Shown here in pieces: positions 31,601 through 42,597 of a stretch of DNA of 64,000 nucleotides. Each line of letters opens with the position of its first letter. The first letter of the stretch is position 1. The stretch is from positions 17,283 to 81,282 of the forward strand of contig JBEGIR010000068.1 of NCBI GenBank assembly GCA_040224245.1. The letters are read 5' to 3'. The notes under the pieces are model-generated. The model was not told the DNA's origin. It did no database searches and saw only the letters and a program-made list of their open reading frames with translations. The translations under genes and the position numbers were made by a program. This stretch comes from Puniceicoccaceae bacterium. Lineage in GTDB: Bacteria; Verrucomicrobiota; Verrucomicrobiia; Opitutales; JAFGAQ01.

Positions 31601-32197
31601 AGCATTTCGAAAATGTTGACCGACCAAATGGGAGGAACACTCACGGTGCAGAGCCAAGTCGGACAGGGGAGTGAATTCCGGGTAAACCTCCCCCTTCCAA
31701 TCAGTGAACTGCCCGCCCCCCATCCCAGCGATCATTCACGACAAAATGCTCCCACATCATCGATGGATTCTGAAGCCGATGGCATCGATCCCGAGCTGGC
31801 TAAGTCCCTCAAGATTCTGCTCGTCGAGGACAATGTGGTTAACCAGAAAGTCGCCTGCCTGCTACTGAAGCGGTTGCAGCTCAACTGCGATATCGCCTCC
31901 AATGGAATCGAAGCCATCGAACGCTTTGAGCGCGACCAACACGACCTGATCCTCATGGACATTCAAATGCCCGAAATTGATGGATACGAAGCCAGTCGCC
32001 GGATCCTCTCGAACTGCAAACCCGAAGAAGCCCCTATCATTCTGGCCATCACGGCGGGAGTGATGGAAGAAGAAAAACAGAAATGCATGGCAGCCGGAAT
32101 GCACGGGTTCATTCCCAAGCCTATCCGATTCTCCACCCTTCGCTCCGAATTGATGCATGCCCTCGAAATGCTCTCCGCTTCCCGAAATCCACGTTGA
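28601..32197 (+). CDS. hybrid sensor histidine kinase/response regulator with a large periplasmic propeller-like + Y_Y_Y sensor (HK1)
   Basis: 1198 aa. Y_Y_Y-type segment [30 protein letters not shown] helix, H-box [14 protein letters not shown], HATPase_c (GGTGLGLSI), and receiver (ILLVEDN...[13 protein letters not shown]). Confidence 0.9.
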   Translation: MSIRYTPGIVLSLLSGMLWVNDASCTEAGQPFFRSYSFEEIGNLSPGAQLCSDANGMLWVSQQGTLLAFDNQSWIDMLSPSETQRNLSLIHAAPDATFYYGAAGNWGRLRMQEDGTLTTDSLRCERAPSWTLNNRIDHIAIIPEGIAFQGQRGLIFYDHESGQNHYFEIPRTQHIFTLNDTLYVSSDTRGTERLELESMQLLQVLNSSTSHSPVITSSTKLALGSVIAITRQGTLLRFDGEQFENWHSEIPMPENATEAVLLRLDEHQLSFAHPSAGLYILNEKGHILKHLEGEPFRNISDMEVNEPGVLWISSGEGIVRLIYNYPVSVFDHRAGLTLSWPQIIRHQNETLFASNGKLYRPLNDSPGSLTRYEQWNLDQPYGIWTLNSTPHGLLFGNWSGLYFCSTDENITPVLSSMQVSRIVPTDAESTTFLILGEKQMTLIRWTGEQWEELSERVPSVGYPSVVHRTFPDSIWVELGLNRVAHIRIEGERIHSDIIDLWDDANPQWIGIGNIGSQTVLSNGGGTLHFYDEQSRSFLEHSEYEATLRASPLPAQRVVQTADGTVWIGYANGVYRLKLEGDQVEYDTESLRLLRINHPIFNVIGDTVWIAGEKVAYRIDTQLPRLPRQPPFPHLIRVFDARNNQLIAHSMGDDFSKIRHIPYRSNSLTFHFFPGTYHTLRSPQFQYRLSSHESAWSKPGHDSSLTLPFLQPGHYKLEVRLLQDEFIISDVFTTEFTVLPPFYRTGLAYALYAATLFVFIALTVHWFNRSLQRRAQYFQKLVNRKTRELHRANNDLRQAMLRAEQASQAKSQFLANMSHEIRTPLNGSLGMCKLLEFTKLDSEQEDLLRVMRISNEALLAIINDILDFSKVEAGEIQLESEPFSLRSLMNDVVDLVIPSLQNRPIELTVSVQNEVCDHRTGDAIRIRQVLLNLISNAIKFTPSGYVRVEVTHSAETPGSLVFSVQDSGIGMSADTLQKLFKPFSQGDQSTSKRFGGTGLGLSISKMLTDQMGGTLTVQSQVGQGSEFRVNLPLPISELPAPHPSDHSRQNAPTSSMDSEADGIDPELAKSLKILLVEDNVVNQKVACLLLKRLQLNCDIASNGIEAIERFERDQHDLILMDIQMPEIDGYEASRRILSNCKPEEAPIILAITAGVMEEEKQKCMAAGMHGFIPKPIRFSTLRSELMHALEMLSASRNPR

Positions 32198-32409
32198 CAA
32201 GATGCAACTGCACCCAACATTTTGCAATTAGACTCCATCCCGAAAAAGTAAAACACTCACCCCATCATTTACCCTGTTCTGGTTTCGACGATCCAGTCCA
32301 TGCCACTCATGCGACAAGGCGCCACTCTCGGAGGTAATGCACAGTGCGACACTCTCGCCAACTGCACCACCTCCAGCATTGTCGAAATACCAGAATCAAC
32401 ACTTCACCC

Positions 32410-35400
32410 ATGAACTGCCGTCTGCCACTGCGAGTCATTTTTCCAATGCTCGTCTGCTTATCAGAGATTGCCTGCAACGCCCGTGAGCAGGGGCTTCCGT
32501 TCATGCGCAACTATACCTTCGAAGAAATGGGCAATGCCTACCACGGATTGCTGCTCAACAGCGATCCCCTGGGCCGCATCTGGACCGTGCAGGAAGGCAC
32601 GTTTCTCTCCTTTGACAACCAGAACTGGACCAGCTTGATCGATTCGGAATCGATCGAACAGAATTTCGCCAATGCGATCAGTACACCTGACGGACGCTAT
32701 TATTACGGTGCTGCGGGCAATTGGGGCAGCTTTCGCTTTGGAACGGACGGACTGATCACCACGCAAAGTCTGCGCGATACGGGTGCTCCGGCCTGGACCT
32801 CCAACACCAACTTTTCCTTCATCGAAACGACCTCGGATGGCATCGCGTATGCAGGGGGAAGCGGTATGATCTACCACGACCTCAAGTCCGGACAAAACCA
32901 CTATTTTCAGGTTCCAGAAACCTTGCTCATCTTCTGTCTGAACGACGAAATTTACCTGTCCTCCTACCGCATTGGCATTGCGCATCTCGACCGGGATCAA
33001 ATGAAGCTGATACCGCTTTTCCCCGAACCCACCGAAGAAACAATCTTCGAAGAATTTGCCTATCTGGACGACGACACCATCCTGGCAGTCACAAATGCCT
33101 ACCAGCTGGTCCACTTTGACGGAATCAATATCAAAGTAAAGGAAAGTGGAATCGACTCCATGCTCCACCTTGGCGTATCCGCCATGCTGAAACTCGATGA
33201 GCAGCACATCGCCATCGCGCTCAGCAGCAGAGGACTTTTCTTACTCGACCCATCCTACCAGATTCGCGCGCACTTCAGCGAAGCGACCTTCCGAAATATT
33301 GAGGATATGGTGAGCAATGAACCCGGCATCGTCTGGATTTCATCCGGTGCGGGCGTTTCCAAACTGGTTTACGACTATCCAGTCAGTCTCTTTGACCACC
33401 GTGCCGATCTCGTCCTTCTCTGGCCATCCGTGATCAAACATCGCGGACAGACCCTGGTCGTATCCTCAGGAAACCTGTATCGTCCTGTGGATGTGGGTAA
33501 AGGTCAGTTGACCCGGTTTGAACCCATGGAACTCAACATCGAACGCGGAGTCTGGGTCGCACATTCAACGGAGCATGGTTTGCTTCTGGGAAACGGAGAT
33601 GGCGTGTTTTTTCGCTCAGAAGACAAGCAGATCCAAACTGTGCTAACGGGATTTAACGTGAATCGAATCTGCCCGCTCAACTCCGATGGTACCCAATGCC
33701 TGATCATCGGTGAAACACGCATGGCTGCTATCCGATGGAACGGTCAGGCATGGGAGGAGTTTGTCGAACGCGTCGATGGAATCGGCTTTCCTTCGGTCGT
33801 GCACAGCTACGCTCCCAACTCGGTCTGGATCGAATTGGGACTCAACCGGGTGGCACAGGTTCGCATCGTCGACGACGCCATTCAAACCATCTTCTTCGAC
33901 GACTGGGATGCCGAATCTCCTGCATGGATCAACGTCGGTCACCTTGGCAATACGACGGTCATGACCGGAAAGGGTCTGCAATTCCGCTACTACGATGAGC
34001 AGCTTCAGGCATTTGTCGAACGCCCCGATCTCGACGCAATCTTTTCGCAAAGCCCTCATCCCGTCCTGCGCGTTCGCGAAAGTGATAACGGCATCCTATG
34101 GGCAAGTCACAGTCAGGGCATTTTTAAGATCATCGTCGAACCTGACGGCAGTGCCAGCTACGATACGGCATCCCTTCGCATGCTGGGACTGAACTACCCG
34201 ATTTGCGAGCTGCACGGGGATGAGATCTGGATTCGGGGGAAAAATGTGCTCTACCGCATCGACACACGTGATCCGGGAGTTCCACTCCAGACGCCCAAAC
34301 CCATACTCACCGGCATTCTCGATTCCCGCAACAACCGCTACCTCTACAACGCGCTCGAAGATGGATTGCCCGAGGAAATGGTCGTGCCCTATGCTGCCAA
34401 CAGTCTGGAGTTCAAATTTTTCCCCGGCACGTATTCGCTGCTTCGCAATCCACAATATCAGTACCGGCTCGAAGGTTATTCTGACTCCTGGTCGCAACCG
34501 TCCTACAACCCCAGCATCAGCCTGACCAGCCTGCATGAGGGTGACTACCGCCTGCACATCCGAGTGATTTATGGAAACGAAGTGGTGGGCAAACGCACCC
34601 AATTTGCCTTCACCATCCTGCCGCCTCTCTACCGAACCTGGTGGGCCTATCTCTGCTATGCGCTGTTCGGCACCGCATTGCTTACTGCAGGTATTTCGCG
34701 ATACACGGGTCGCTTCAAACGCCACAATCGGGAGCTGGAACGCCTGGTTGAAGAACGAACCCGTGAGATTGAAGTGGCCAACCACAACCTGCAGGAAGCC
34801 ATCAAACAGGCCGAAGCCGCATCGGAGGCCAAAGGACAATTTCTCGCCAACATGTCCCATGAAATTCGAACCCCGATGAATGGAGTGATGGGCATGTGCT
34901 CGATGCTGGCAGATACACCGCTCGACAGGGAACAGCAAAACTACTTGAGCACCTTGCGGGTTTCGAGCGAAACCCTGTTGACCATCATCAACGACATCCT
35001 CGATTTCTCCAAAATTGAAGCAGGGAAAATGACCTTCGATCCCGTCGTGTTTGATCTGCGGCAAATTGTGGATGATGTGCTCGACCTGGTGGCCCCTCTG
35101 CTCGATGAAAAAACTGTGGAAGTGACACAGTCCATACCTGCATCTTTTTCTTCGATGCGTGTGGGCGATCCCACCAAAATCCGTCAGATTCTGCTCAATC
35201 TGGTAAGCAACGCAGTGAAATTCACCTCAGAGGGACGGATCGAAATCCTGGTCAGCGAGCGACCCCATTCTTCCTTCATCGAATTCTCGGTAAGAGATAC
35301 GGGCATCGGCATTCCCCAGAATATCGCAGCCAAACTCTTTAACCCCTTCAGCCAGGGTGATGAATCCACCTCGCGTCGCTTCGGTGGAACTGGTTTGGGG

Positions 35401-36369
35401 CTGAGCATCTGCCGCATGCTCACCGAACAGATGGGCGGCAACATCTGGGTCGAAAGTGCCGTAGGCGAAGGCAGCTGCTTTCACTTTGAACTACCACTTC
35501 CCGAAGCTGACGCTGCGCTTCCTGAAACCAGCCCCTATCATGCAACCCAAATCAGAACAGATGTGGTGATCCATGGTCGTCACGCGACTCTCAATGGTAT
35601 GCTGCTTGAAATGCTCAACGCAGCTGGTATTTCCTGTGAGTTGATTGCCGATCCGGATGCCATTCTGGCAAAGATTCCCGAGAACCCCGACTCTCCCTGG
35701 GTCTGCATTTTTGACCTGGATCACCCCCCCGTATCACCCGAACTCCTGCGCCTGCTTAATTCTCAACTTTCATCGCGCAAACAAGTGACCCGCATCCTGC
35801 TCACTCAGCGTGCTTCTGATGCGCAAATCGAAGACATGCATAAGTCCGAACATGCCCTCATCCTGCACAAACCCCTGCGACGCTATCAGTTGCTCGACGC
35901 CCTGAAAACCCTTGGAAAGCGCCAGGGTGCAGAAAGCTCTCCTGAAAGGCATCACTCATCAGATCGCATCGAAGGGTCAGACTCTGTTCGAGTGCTTTTG
36001 GTCGAGGACAATCAAATCAACCAAAAGGTCGCAACCTTACTGCTCAAACGACTCGGTTTTGAAGTCGATATCGCTGGCAATGGTGTCGAAGCCATTCGCT
36101 CAGTTCGTCGTCGTGACTATCCCATCATTCTCATGGACGTGCAGATGCCGGAAATGGATGGCATCCAAGCCACTCGTGAAATCCTCAGCGAATCAAAATC
36201 CAGCTTCCCGCCATTGATTCTTGCGATGAGCGCAGGCGTCTCTCACGAGCGCCGCTCCCAATGCATTGAGGCTGGCATGTCCGGTTTTGTCGCCAAACCC
36301 GTTCAGCTCGAAGAACTTCGCAAGCACCTGTCCAGTGCCATGGTCACGCTTCGCAATTCCAAGTCGTAA
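32410..36369 (+). CDS. hybrid sensor histidine kinase/response regulator, paralogue of HK1 with an extra pseudo-receiver (HK2)
   Basis: Collinear with HK1 (for example [41 protein letters not shown]). H-box [14 protein letters not shown], HATPase_c, a ~120-aa receiver-like insert, then a canonical receiver (VLLVEDN...[13 protein letters not shown]). Start taken at the ATG giving MNCRLPL. Confidence 0.9.
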   Translation: MNCRLPLRVIFPMLVCLSEIACNAREQGLPFMRNYTFEEMGNAYHGLLLNSDPLGRIWTVQEGTFLSFDNQNWTSLIDSESIEQNFANAISTPDGRYYYGAAGNWGSFRFGTDGLITTQSLRDTGAPAWTSNTNFSFIETTSDGIAYAGGSGMIYHDLKSGQNHYFQVPETLLIFCLNDEIYLSSYRIGIAHLDRDQMKLIPLFPEPTEETIFEEFAYLDDDTILAVTNAYQLVHFDGINIKVKESGIDSMLHLGVSAMLKLDEQHIAIALSSRGLFLLDPSYQIRAHFSEATFRNIEDMVSNEPGIVWISSGAGVSKLVYDYPVSLFDHRADLVLLWPSVIKHRGQTLVVSSGNLYRPVDVGKGQLTRFEPMELNIERGVWVAHSTEHGLLLGNGDGVFFRSEDKQIQTVLTGFNVNRICPLNSDGTQCLIIGETRMAAIRWNGQAWEEFVERVDGIGFPSVVHSYAPNSVWIELGLNRVAQVRIVDDAIQTIFFDDWDAESPAWINVGHLGNTTVMTGKGLQFRYYDEQLQAFVERPDLDAIFSQSPHPVLRVRESDNGILWASHSQGIFKIIVEPDGSASYDTASLRMLGLNYPICELHGDEIWIRGKNVLYRIDTRDPGVPLQTPKPILTGILDSRNNRYLYNALEDGLPEEMVVPYAANSLEFKFFPGTYSLLRNPQYQYRLEGYSDSWSQPSYNPSISLTSLHEGDYRLHIRVIYGNEVVGKRTQFAFTILPPLYRTWWAYLCYALFGTALLTAGISRYTGRFKRHNRELERLVEERTREIEVANHNLQEAIKQAEAASEAKGQFLANMSHEIRTPMNGVMGMCSMLADTPLDREQQNYLSTLRVSSETLLTIINDILDFSKIEAGKMTFDPVVFDLRQIVDDVLDLVAPLLDEKTVEVTQSIPASFSSMRVGDPTKIRQILLNLVSNAVKFTSEGRIEILVSERPHSSFIEFSVRDTGIGIPQNIAAKLFNPFSQGDESTSRRFGGTGLGLSICRMLTEQMGGNIWVESAVGEGSCFHFELPLPEADAALPETSPYHATQIRTDVVIHGRHATLNGMLLEMLNAAGISCELIADPDAILAKIPENPDSPWVCIFDLDHPPVSPELLRLLNSQLSSRKQVTRILLTQRASDAQIEDMHKSEHALILHKPLRRYQLLDALKTLGKRQGAESSPERHHSSDRIEGSDSVRVLLVEDNQINQKVATLLLKRLGFEVDIAGNGVEAIRSVRRRDYPIILMDVQMPEMDGIQATREILSESKSSFPPLILAMSAGVSHERRSQCIEAGMSGFVAKPVQLEELRKHLSSAMVTLRNSKS

Positions 36370-36386
36370 ACCTTGTCCTTGATCCC

Positions 36387-37631
36387 TTATCCTCCCGGAA
36401 ATGTTGAAGAACTTTGTGCTCCCAATGACTCTTGCAACCATTTCGGATATCGCTTGAGCGCATCATTCGGCCAGTAGCCATACCAGTCGTAACCGATTCT
36501 GCGCTCATAGCTGAGTTCATGCAGTGCATTCACTACGGTTCCATCCCTGCGGGTCAGAAAGGGTTTGCCGTCGGCAAGGGAATAAAACCGCGCCCACACC
36601 GGAGGGGCGGTTTCATTTTCGAAAAAGATGCGGTCAAAATCCACGGTCGTCTGGTGATAGGGACGGGGCGGTGCCGGAATCGAAAGGTAGGCATGACCCA
36701 AAATCGCAGACTTGCGGAACCACTGAACAGCAGCGATGACGGACTGCCTGACTTCCTGGGATGGTTCAGGTAGTGTCATCAGAAATTCCACGACCTTCGC
36801 ACTCTCCCACGCTGCGAGCGCTGCAAGCTCATAACTGCGGGCGGCCACGGGCTGCAATGTCTCATGATCGTGTTGCTGTCCCCATGCAGTCAACCGTTCG
36901 CCCTGCCTGACCTGGCACTTGAGAGTCACCTCGATGGCACGTTGCAGTGCTGACTCAAGGCGGTCGCGCAGTTCCGTCTCAAGAAATGCAAAACTCGAAT
37001 CGCCCTGCACGATGTCGTTCAACAGATGCATGATGCCTGTCATGACCTCATCGTTGAAGGTAATGGCATCCACATCCGACCCGCGCCACCCACCACTTTC
37101 ATGCTGGGACTCCAGGATAAAGTGAAGTCCCCGAAGCACTGCTTCACAGTAGAGCGGCTCCGGACTCAGTTCGTTCGCGCGCGCCAGAAAGCGAATCTGG
37201 GAATAGGTATTGCGGTTGTCGAAGGAACTCTCCCATCGATGATCTGGCATTTGCACTTTCAGGAATTCCGGTTCCAGTTTTCCCAACCAATCAATATTTT
37301 TGGGCCAGCCTCCATCTGGATTCTGAAACTTGAGCAACTGCTGGGCAATACCCTGAATGTCGGAAGGGGGGATGCGCTCGTAATCCCGAACCGGACTGAA
37401 GATTGCCCAGTGTTCAATACCGTCAATAAACAGCGTCAGGTCAATGGGTTCGTCCTCCGATGCAACCCACGATTCCATCTCTTCACCCTGGATCGGACTG
37501 GCCAATCCACCCAGCGTGAAAAGCAAAACGAATCGCAGACAAACCTGAACGAAGGATCGTCGCACGGACAATCCCGATGCCGAATGGTGGTGAAATCTCG
37601 GAGCCAAGGTGGGGATTTTTGAGTTGGTCAT
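36387..37631 (-). CDS. pectate lyase, PelA/Pel-15E (PL10)-like
   Basis: 414-aa secreted ORF. LLKFQNPDGGWPKNIDW, SSFDNRNTYSQIRFLARA and ILESQHESGGWRG resemble the PL10 alpha/alpha-toroid family. The call is from memory. Confidence 0.6.
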   Translation of the reverse strand: MTNSKIPTLAPRFHHHSASGLSVRRSFVQVCLRFVLLFTLGGLASPIQGEEMESWVASEDEPIDLTLFIDGIEHWAIFSPVRDYERIPPSDIQGIAQQLLKFQNPDGGWPKNIDWLGKLEPEFLKVQMPDHRWESSFDNRNTYSQIRFLARANELSPEPLYCEAVLRGLHFILESQHESGGWRGSDVDAITFNDEVMTGIMHLLNDIVQGDSSFAFLETELRDRLESALQRAIEVTLKCQVRQGERLTAWGQQHDHETLQPVAARSYELAALAAWESAKVVEFLMTLPEPSQEVRQSVIAAVQWFRKSAILGHAYLSIPAPPRPYHQTTVDFDRIFFENETAPPVWARFYSLADGKPFLTRRDGTVVNALHELSYERRIGYDWYGYWPNDALKRYPKWLQESLGAQSSSTFPGG

Positions 37632-37747
37632 CAGACTGAATCCATCATAACGTGTGCCACAATCTTTTTTGTTTGCCCGTGAAGAGGCAAGGATTTCCCG
37701 ATTCGAACCCCTCGTTATCGCGCACTCATACTTTTACCGCCCCCGCC

Positions 37748-40700
37748 ATGTCGCTCCATATTTCGAGCCTACCCTACCTGTCCCACATGGGCAGTATTCC
37801 GTGTCGCACGGCCTGGGTGTGCATGCTGCTGTGGGCGGGAGCTTGTGCCAGCGCAGGGGCAAAGGATCTCGCACAATACGGCGTACGGCACTACAACCGA
37901 GAAGATGGTATTGCGGCATCCTCGATTCTGGAGATTCTGCAGACCCAGCAGGGCTACCTGTGGATGGGAACCTACGATGGACTCACCCGCTTCAATGGCG
38001 TGGAATTCCGGGTGTTCAACCGGGCCAATACCCCGACCCTGCACGGCAATAACATCACCTGCCTGCTTGAGGGAAAAGATGGCACACTTTGGCTGGGCAC
38101 ACTCGGCAAGGGAATCCAGGGATTTCTCGATCCCGATCTTCAGCACATCAGGCCACGCTCCTTCATGGGCAATGTCACTGTCAACGATATTGAGCAGGAC
38201 GCTCATGGGCGGATTTATGCTGCCACACGGGAGGGTCTCTATGTGCATGAAGATGAGGCATGGAGGCGCTGTGATGTGCAACTGCCTTCCCGTCAAACTA
38301 CCAGTATTGATGCGATTGAAATCGATGAAAACAATCATGTCCTGTTTGCCACCCAACAGGGTATTTTCAGGTGGGATGGAACACAGGCATCCCCGTTGGA
38401 TTCACGCCTTCCATCCGACCTGCGCGTTCAGGGATTTCTCTACCAAAAGGACAGGGGCCTGTGGTTTGGAACCTTTGAAGCAGGACTCTATCACTATCAT
38501 GAGGGGAAGATTCGGCATTACCAAACCGAAGACGGGTTGTTGCACAACCATGTCGGAGATCTGAACTTTGACTCCGACGGCAACCTGTGGATGGGGGTGC
38601 GTGGTGGAGTTTCGGTCTTGCGAAACGGAACATTCTCCCACTTCGCCATGCGCGGAAAGATGGTGTATTCCCTGCACCATGACCGGGAGGGGGGAATCTG
38701 GGTCGGAACCTACCTGCATGGACTCTATCGACTCGGAAATACGCGATTCTCCGCTTACACCCACGTGGATCCGCTTGAGGTCTCCATCATCGGACGCGCC
38801 CTCATCGAATTTCAGGGAAAGCTGCTCATCGGCACAAATCTCGGGATCTATGAACTGCACAATGGATACCTTCACCCGTCGAAGTCCTTTCCGATGCTCG
38901 ACGATGTCATGATTCGTTCCATGAAACCTGCTTCGGATGGAGGACTGTGGATCGGTACTCACACCAATGGTGTGTTCAAGCTGAACCCGGACGGAGAAAC
39001 CATCGCTTACGGCATTGAACAGGGATTACAGTCACGTACCAACCGCTGCGTGATCGAAGCCAGTGACGGGCGGGTGTGGATTGCCGGAAACAGCGGCTTA
39101 CAGGTGTTGGACAAGGGGAAAATCCATAGCGTGCCGGAACTCCAAGGGTTCCCCATCCTTTCCCTGCATGAACTCAGCGGTGGTCGCATCGCTGTGGCAA
39201 CCGATGGAAATGGGCTGTTCATTTTGCATTCGGATACAGTGCAACACCTCAGCAAGGCTGATGGACTGAATTCCAATGTGGTGTTCTATGTGCACGAGGA
39301 TGAGCAGGGATCATTGTGGATTACCACTTCAGAAGCGGGAATTTCCTACATTGAGCAGGATCAACTCTATCGGCTCACCCTGCAGGATGGAATGCCCCAG
39401 GATGCCATCTTTTATATCCTTGAAGACAAGCACAGTCACTTCTGGATCGCCTGCAATTCCGGGATCTATCGCTTTGAGAAAGAAGCACTGCGTGCCCGTG
39501 CCAAGGCAGAAGCCGCAATCCCCTCCTCACTTCATTTTGATCGCATGGACGGCATCACCGCAGGTGGAGTCACAGGGGTTGCTCATGGCTACACCGATTC
39601 GAAGGGAGAGCTGTGGTTTCCCGCAACAGAGGGTGTGGTTTCAGTAAATCCCAACACCGACGAAGCCCCCACTCCTGCACCTACCGCAATCATCGAATCT
39701 TTTTCAACGGAGTCCGCAACTTTTGACCTGTATGATTCCTCACCCGTTCAAGTGGCTCCCGGTACCCAGCGCTTTACGTTCAGATTCGTGGGCATGCGCT
39801 TTGACGCAAGCGACAATGTGCGCTATCGCGTTAAGCTGGAAGGCTACGATCCGGAATTTCAGGAGATTCAGGGGCGTCGGGAAATCGCCTACACCAACCT
39901 ACCCCCAGGAACCTATCGCTTTGTCGTGAACGCTGGCATTCAGGGAGGAGCCTGGAGTGAGCAGAGCGATTCCATCTCATTTGTACTCAAACCCCGATTC
40001 TACCAGCTTCCTTTATTTCAGGTCATGGCAGTGCTCTCCGCATTCGCATTGATCTACGGAATCATTCGCATTCGTGTGGCACGCTCCCAAATGCGCCAAC
40101 GCCAGTTGAGTGAGCAGGTCGAACAGCGAACTGCTGAACTGCGCAGTGCCATGGACAAGGCTGAACAGGCCAACCACAGCAAAAGCCTTTTCCTTGCATC
40201 TGTGAGTCACGAAGTTCGCAATCCCATGAACGGAATTCTGGGAATCACAGAGTTGCTGCTCGAGGACGAGCTGAGTCCCGATCAGCGCCGAAAGCTCGAG
40301 ATCGTTCAGAGCAGTGCGCGCTCCCTGCTCACGATCCTGAATGACCTGCTCGATTATTCAAAACTCGATTCGGACAAGCTTACGCTGGAGTCCATCCCCT
40401 TTCAGATCCGCTCCATCGTGGACGAAACCCTTGCACTGCAAGAGGCTGGCATTCGGGAAAAGCAACTCACCATCCACGTTGATCTCGACAATAATCTTCC
40501 CGAGACCGTCGTGGGAGACCCGCTTCGCCATCGCCAGGTGTTGCACAATCTCATTTCGAACGCTGTCAAATTCACCGAACATGGCAGCATCACAATCTGT
40601 GCAAAGGTTGAGTCGACTGCACCCGGATCGATACTCGTGAAGTTTTCGGTATCGGACACGGGCATTGGAATTTCTCACGACGTTCAGCAGCGGCTGTTTC

Positions 40701-41338
40701 AGGTCTATCAGCAAGCAGAAGACTCCACCGCACGCACCTATGGTGGAACGGGTCTTGGCCTTGCCATCTGCCGAAGTCTCGTCGAACGAATGGGCGGAAC
40801 CATTCACGTCGACAGTGATGTCGGCAAAGGCGCTACATTCACCTTCACGTCGCGGTTGGCACTTTCTTGCGACTCAACCCCACTTCCCATCCCGCAGAAT
40901 CACCCCGATTCTGAAACAGCAGTTTTGCCCCAGTCAGCATCCGGGTTGAGGTTGAAGGTGCTCGTCGTGGATGACGAGAAACTCAATCTGGAAATCGCAC
41001 GGGCCATCTTTGCCAAATTCGGATATTCGATCCACACGGCACTGGGTGCAGAAGCAGCCATTCAAGTCCTTCAATCCGATTGCTTTGACTTGCTTTTCGT
41101 GGACTATCGCATGCCCGACATGGACGGTGCCACACTGGCTCAGAACATTCGCTCCCGTCGCATCCCTTCCCAAAACCCATCCCTGGGCATTGTGGCCATC
41201 ACTGGCGCAACTGCACATTCCGAACGCGACCATCTGCGGGAATCCGGCATCGACCACATACTCGAAAAACCCCTGATTCCATCCCACTTGCTACCCATTT
41301 TACAGGATTGTCTCAATCGCAAACGCAGCGAAGTCTGA
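37748..41338 (+). CDS. hybrid sensor histidine kinase/response regulator with two-component-regulator propeller repeats + Y_Y_Y (HK3)
   Basis: Repeated Reg_prop-type motifs (YLWMGTYDGLTRFNG, LWLGTLGKGI, LWFGTFEAGLYHY, LWMGVRGGVSVL, IWVGTYLHGLYRL...). Y_Y_Y segment (RYRVKLEGYDPEF), TM, H-box LASVSHEVRNPMNG, HATPase_c, and receiver (VLVVDDE...LLFVDYRMPDMDG). Confidence 0.9.
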   Translation: MSLHISSLPYLSHMGSIPCRTAWVCMLLWAGACASAGAKDLAQYGVRHYNREDGIAASSILEILQTQQGYLWMGTYDGLTRFNGVEFRVFNRANTPTLHGNNITCLLEGKDGTLWLGTLGKGIQGFLDPDLQHIRPRSFMGNVTVNDIEQDAHGRIYAATREGLYVHEDEAWRRCDVQLPSRQTTSIDAIEIDENNHVLFATQQGIFRWDGTQASPLDSRLPSDLRVQGFLYQKDRGLWFGTFEAGLYHYHEGKIRHYQTEDGLLHNHVGDLNFDSDGNLWMGVRGGVSVLRNGTFSHFAMRGKMVYSLHHDREGGIWVGTYLHGLYRLGNTRFSAYTHVDPLEVSIIGRALIEFQGKLLIGTNLGIYELHNGYLHPSKSFPMLDDVMIRSMKPASDGGLWIGTHTNGVFKLNPDGETIAYGIEQGLQSRTNRCVIEASDGRVWIAGNSGLQVLDKGKIHSVPELQGFPILSLHELSGGRIAVATDGNGLFILHSDTVQHLSKADGLNSNVVFYVHEDEQGSLWITTSEAGISYIEQDQLYRLTLQDGMPQDAIFYILEDKHSHFWIACNSGIYRFEKEALRARAKAEAAIPSSLHFDRMDGITAGGVTGVAHGYTDSKGELWFPATEGVVSVNPNTDEAPTPAPTAIIESFSTESATFDLYDSSPVQVAPGTQRFTFRFVGMRFDASDNVRYRVKLEGYDPEFQEIQGRREIAYTNLPPGTYRFVVNAGIQGGAWSEQSDSISFVLKPRFYQLPLFQVMAVLSAFALIYGIIRIRVARSQMRQRQLSEQVEQRTAELRSAMDKAEQANHSKSLFLASVSHEVRNPMNGILGITELLLEDELSPDQRRKLEIVQSSARSLLTILNDLLDYSKLDSDKLTLESIPFQIRSIVDETLALQEAGIREKQLTIHVDLDNNLPETVVGDPLRHRQVLHNLISNAVKFTEHGSITICAKVESTAPGSILVKFSVSDTGIGISHDVQQRLFQVYQQAEDSTARTYGGTGLGLAICRSLVERMGGTIHVDSDVGKGATFTFTSRLALSCDSTPLPIPQNHPDSETAVLPQSASGLRLKVLVVDDEKLNLEIARAIFAKFGYSIHTALGAEAAIQVLQSDCFDLLFVDYRMPDMDGATLAQNIRSRRIPSQNPSLGIVAITGATAHSERDHLRESGIDHILEKPLIPSHLLPILQDCLNRKRSEV

Positions 41339-41401
41339 GTCCATCTCAAACTGCACTTCCCACAGGGTCAGTTGACAAAGTGAAGTGTTCACCAAAGGTT
41401 G

Positions 41402-42520
41402 ATGCTCATCATGCAAGGCACCCCACCGCCCCCCGTCTGGTACTGCAAGGGCTGCAACCTGCCCCACATCCGATTTCAATTGATTCCCGGTGCATCCGCC
41501 CGGTGCGGGCGCTGCGGCACACATCTGTTTGTCACACCGCGCACAGGTCCCAACGTTGGCCTCGCCTGGGCTTGCTGCGCTCTGATCTGTTTTGCCGCCT
41601 CACTCTGGCTTCCTTTTCTGGAGGTTACACGTTTCAACGATACGCGCGGGATCGGAGTATCTGGAATCCTGCACGGACTCTCCCGCTCGGGAATGCAGCC
41701 AGTGGGCCTGCTTTCACTCATCCTCATCTACTGGCTACCGCTCCTGACTTCGGTAGCATTGATTGCGGTGAATCTGCATGTGCTCAACCACCTGAAACTT
41801 CCTGGAGCAAAATTACTGCTGCAGTTGCTGGTTTGGGCAAAATCATGGGCCATGCCCGAGGTTTATTTGCTGTCGGTCACTGTCGCCTACATCAAAATCC
41901 GGGATCTCGTCGAAATCCGGGTGGAATCCGGACTGTGGTTGTTTGCCGCAGCTACCGTTGCTTTGCTTGCAGCCCTGCAACGGGTTGAACGGGATGACTT
42001 GCCCAATCGTGTCCAGTGTCCCCACCCCGAACTTCGGGCGCGATCCAACCGCAGCTGTTTGGCCCTGCTCATCGCTGCAGCACTCCTGCTCGTGCCCGCC
42101 AACGCCCTGCCCATGTTAGAGATGCGTTTGCCGGGGCAACACCAGTCCCAAACCCTGATCGGCGGTGTGCTCACACTATTCGATCACGGGATGTTTGGAA
42201 TCGCCCTGGTTGTATTTATCGCCAGCCTGGTTGTCCCTTTTGCAAAAATTGTAGGATTGCTCTGGTTGCTGAGAGCAGCGCAACAAGGTCGGGGGACGCG
42301 AAGCAACATGCAGCTTCACCGCATCCTCGCATTCATTGGCCGATGGTCGATGCTTGATGTTTTTCTGGTTGCCCTGCTTGGCGCACTCATTCAGTTCGGC
42401 AGCATTGCCACTTTGCTGCCCGGTGCTGCGACACCTGCCTTTGCCACAGCTGTCATCCTCACCGCCATAGCCGTCGATCATTTTGATACCCGCAACCTTT
42501 GGACAGGTTCTGCCCCCTGA
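41402..42520 (+). CDS. pqiA: paraquat-inducible protein A family membrane protein
   Basis: N-terminal zinc-ribbon-like CKGC...CGRCG followed by two PqiA-type membrane repeats (second: NALPMLEM...GRWSMLDVFLVALL). Confidence 0.85.
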   Translation: MLIMQGTPPPPVWYCKGCNLPHIRFQLIPGASARCGRCGTHLFVTPRTGPNVGLAWACCALICFAASLWLPFLEVTRFNDTRGIGVSGILHGLSRSGMQPVGLLSLILIYWLPLLTSVALIAVNLHVLNHLKLPGAKLLLQLLVWAKSWAMPEVYLLSVTVAYIKIRDLVEIRVESGLWLFAAATVALLAALQRVERDDLPNRVQCPHPELRARSNRSCLALLIAAALLLVPANALPMLEMRLPGQHQSQTLIGGVLTLFDHGMFGIALVVFIASLVVPFAKIVGLLWLLRAAQQGRGTRSNMQLHRILAFIGRWSMLDVFLVALLGALIQFGSIATLLPGAATPAFATAVILTAIAVDHFDTRNLWTGSAP

Positions 42521-42597
42521 GAAACAGGGAGTCCCGCAACTTGGCTGCTCTGTCACTTTTCCACTTCGACTTCACCCACTACCCCATCCCTGATATC

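Noticed and set aside
34096-35064. 322-aa minus-strand ORF
   Set aside because: Antisense to the HisKA/transmembrane region of HK2; a shadow ORF.
41308-41988. 226-aa plus-strand ORF overlapping the pqiA start
   Set aside because: It lies in a different frame of the pqiA region and has an Arg/Pro/Ser-rich composition. The PqiA frame has the zinc-ribbon and membrane-repeat features.
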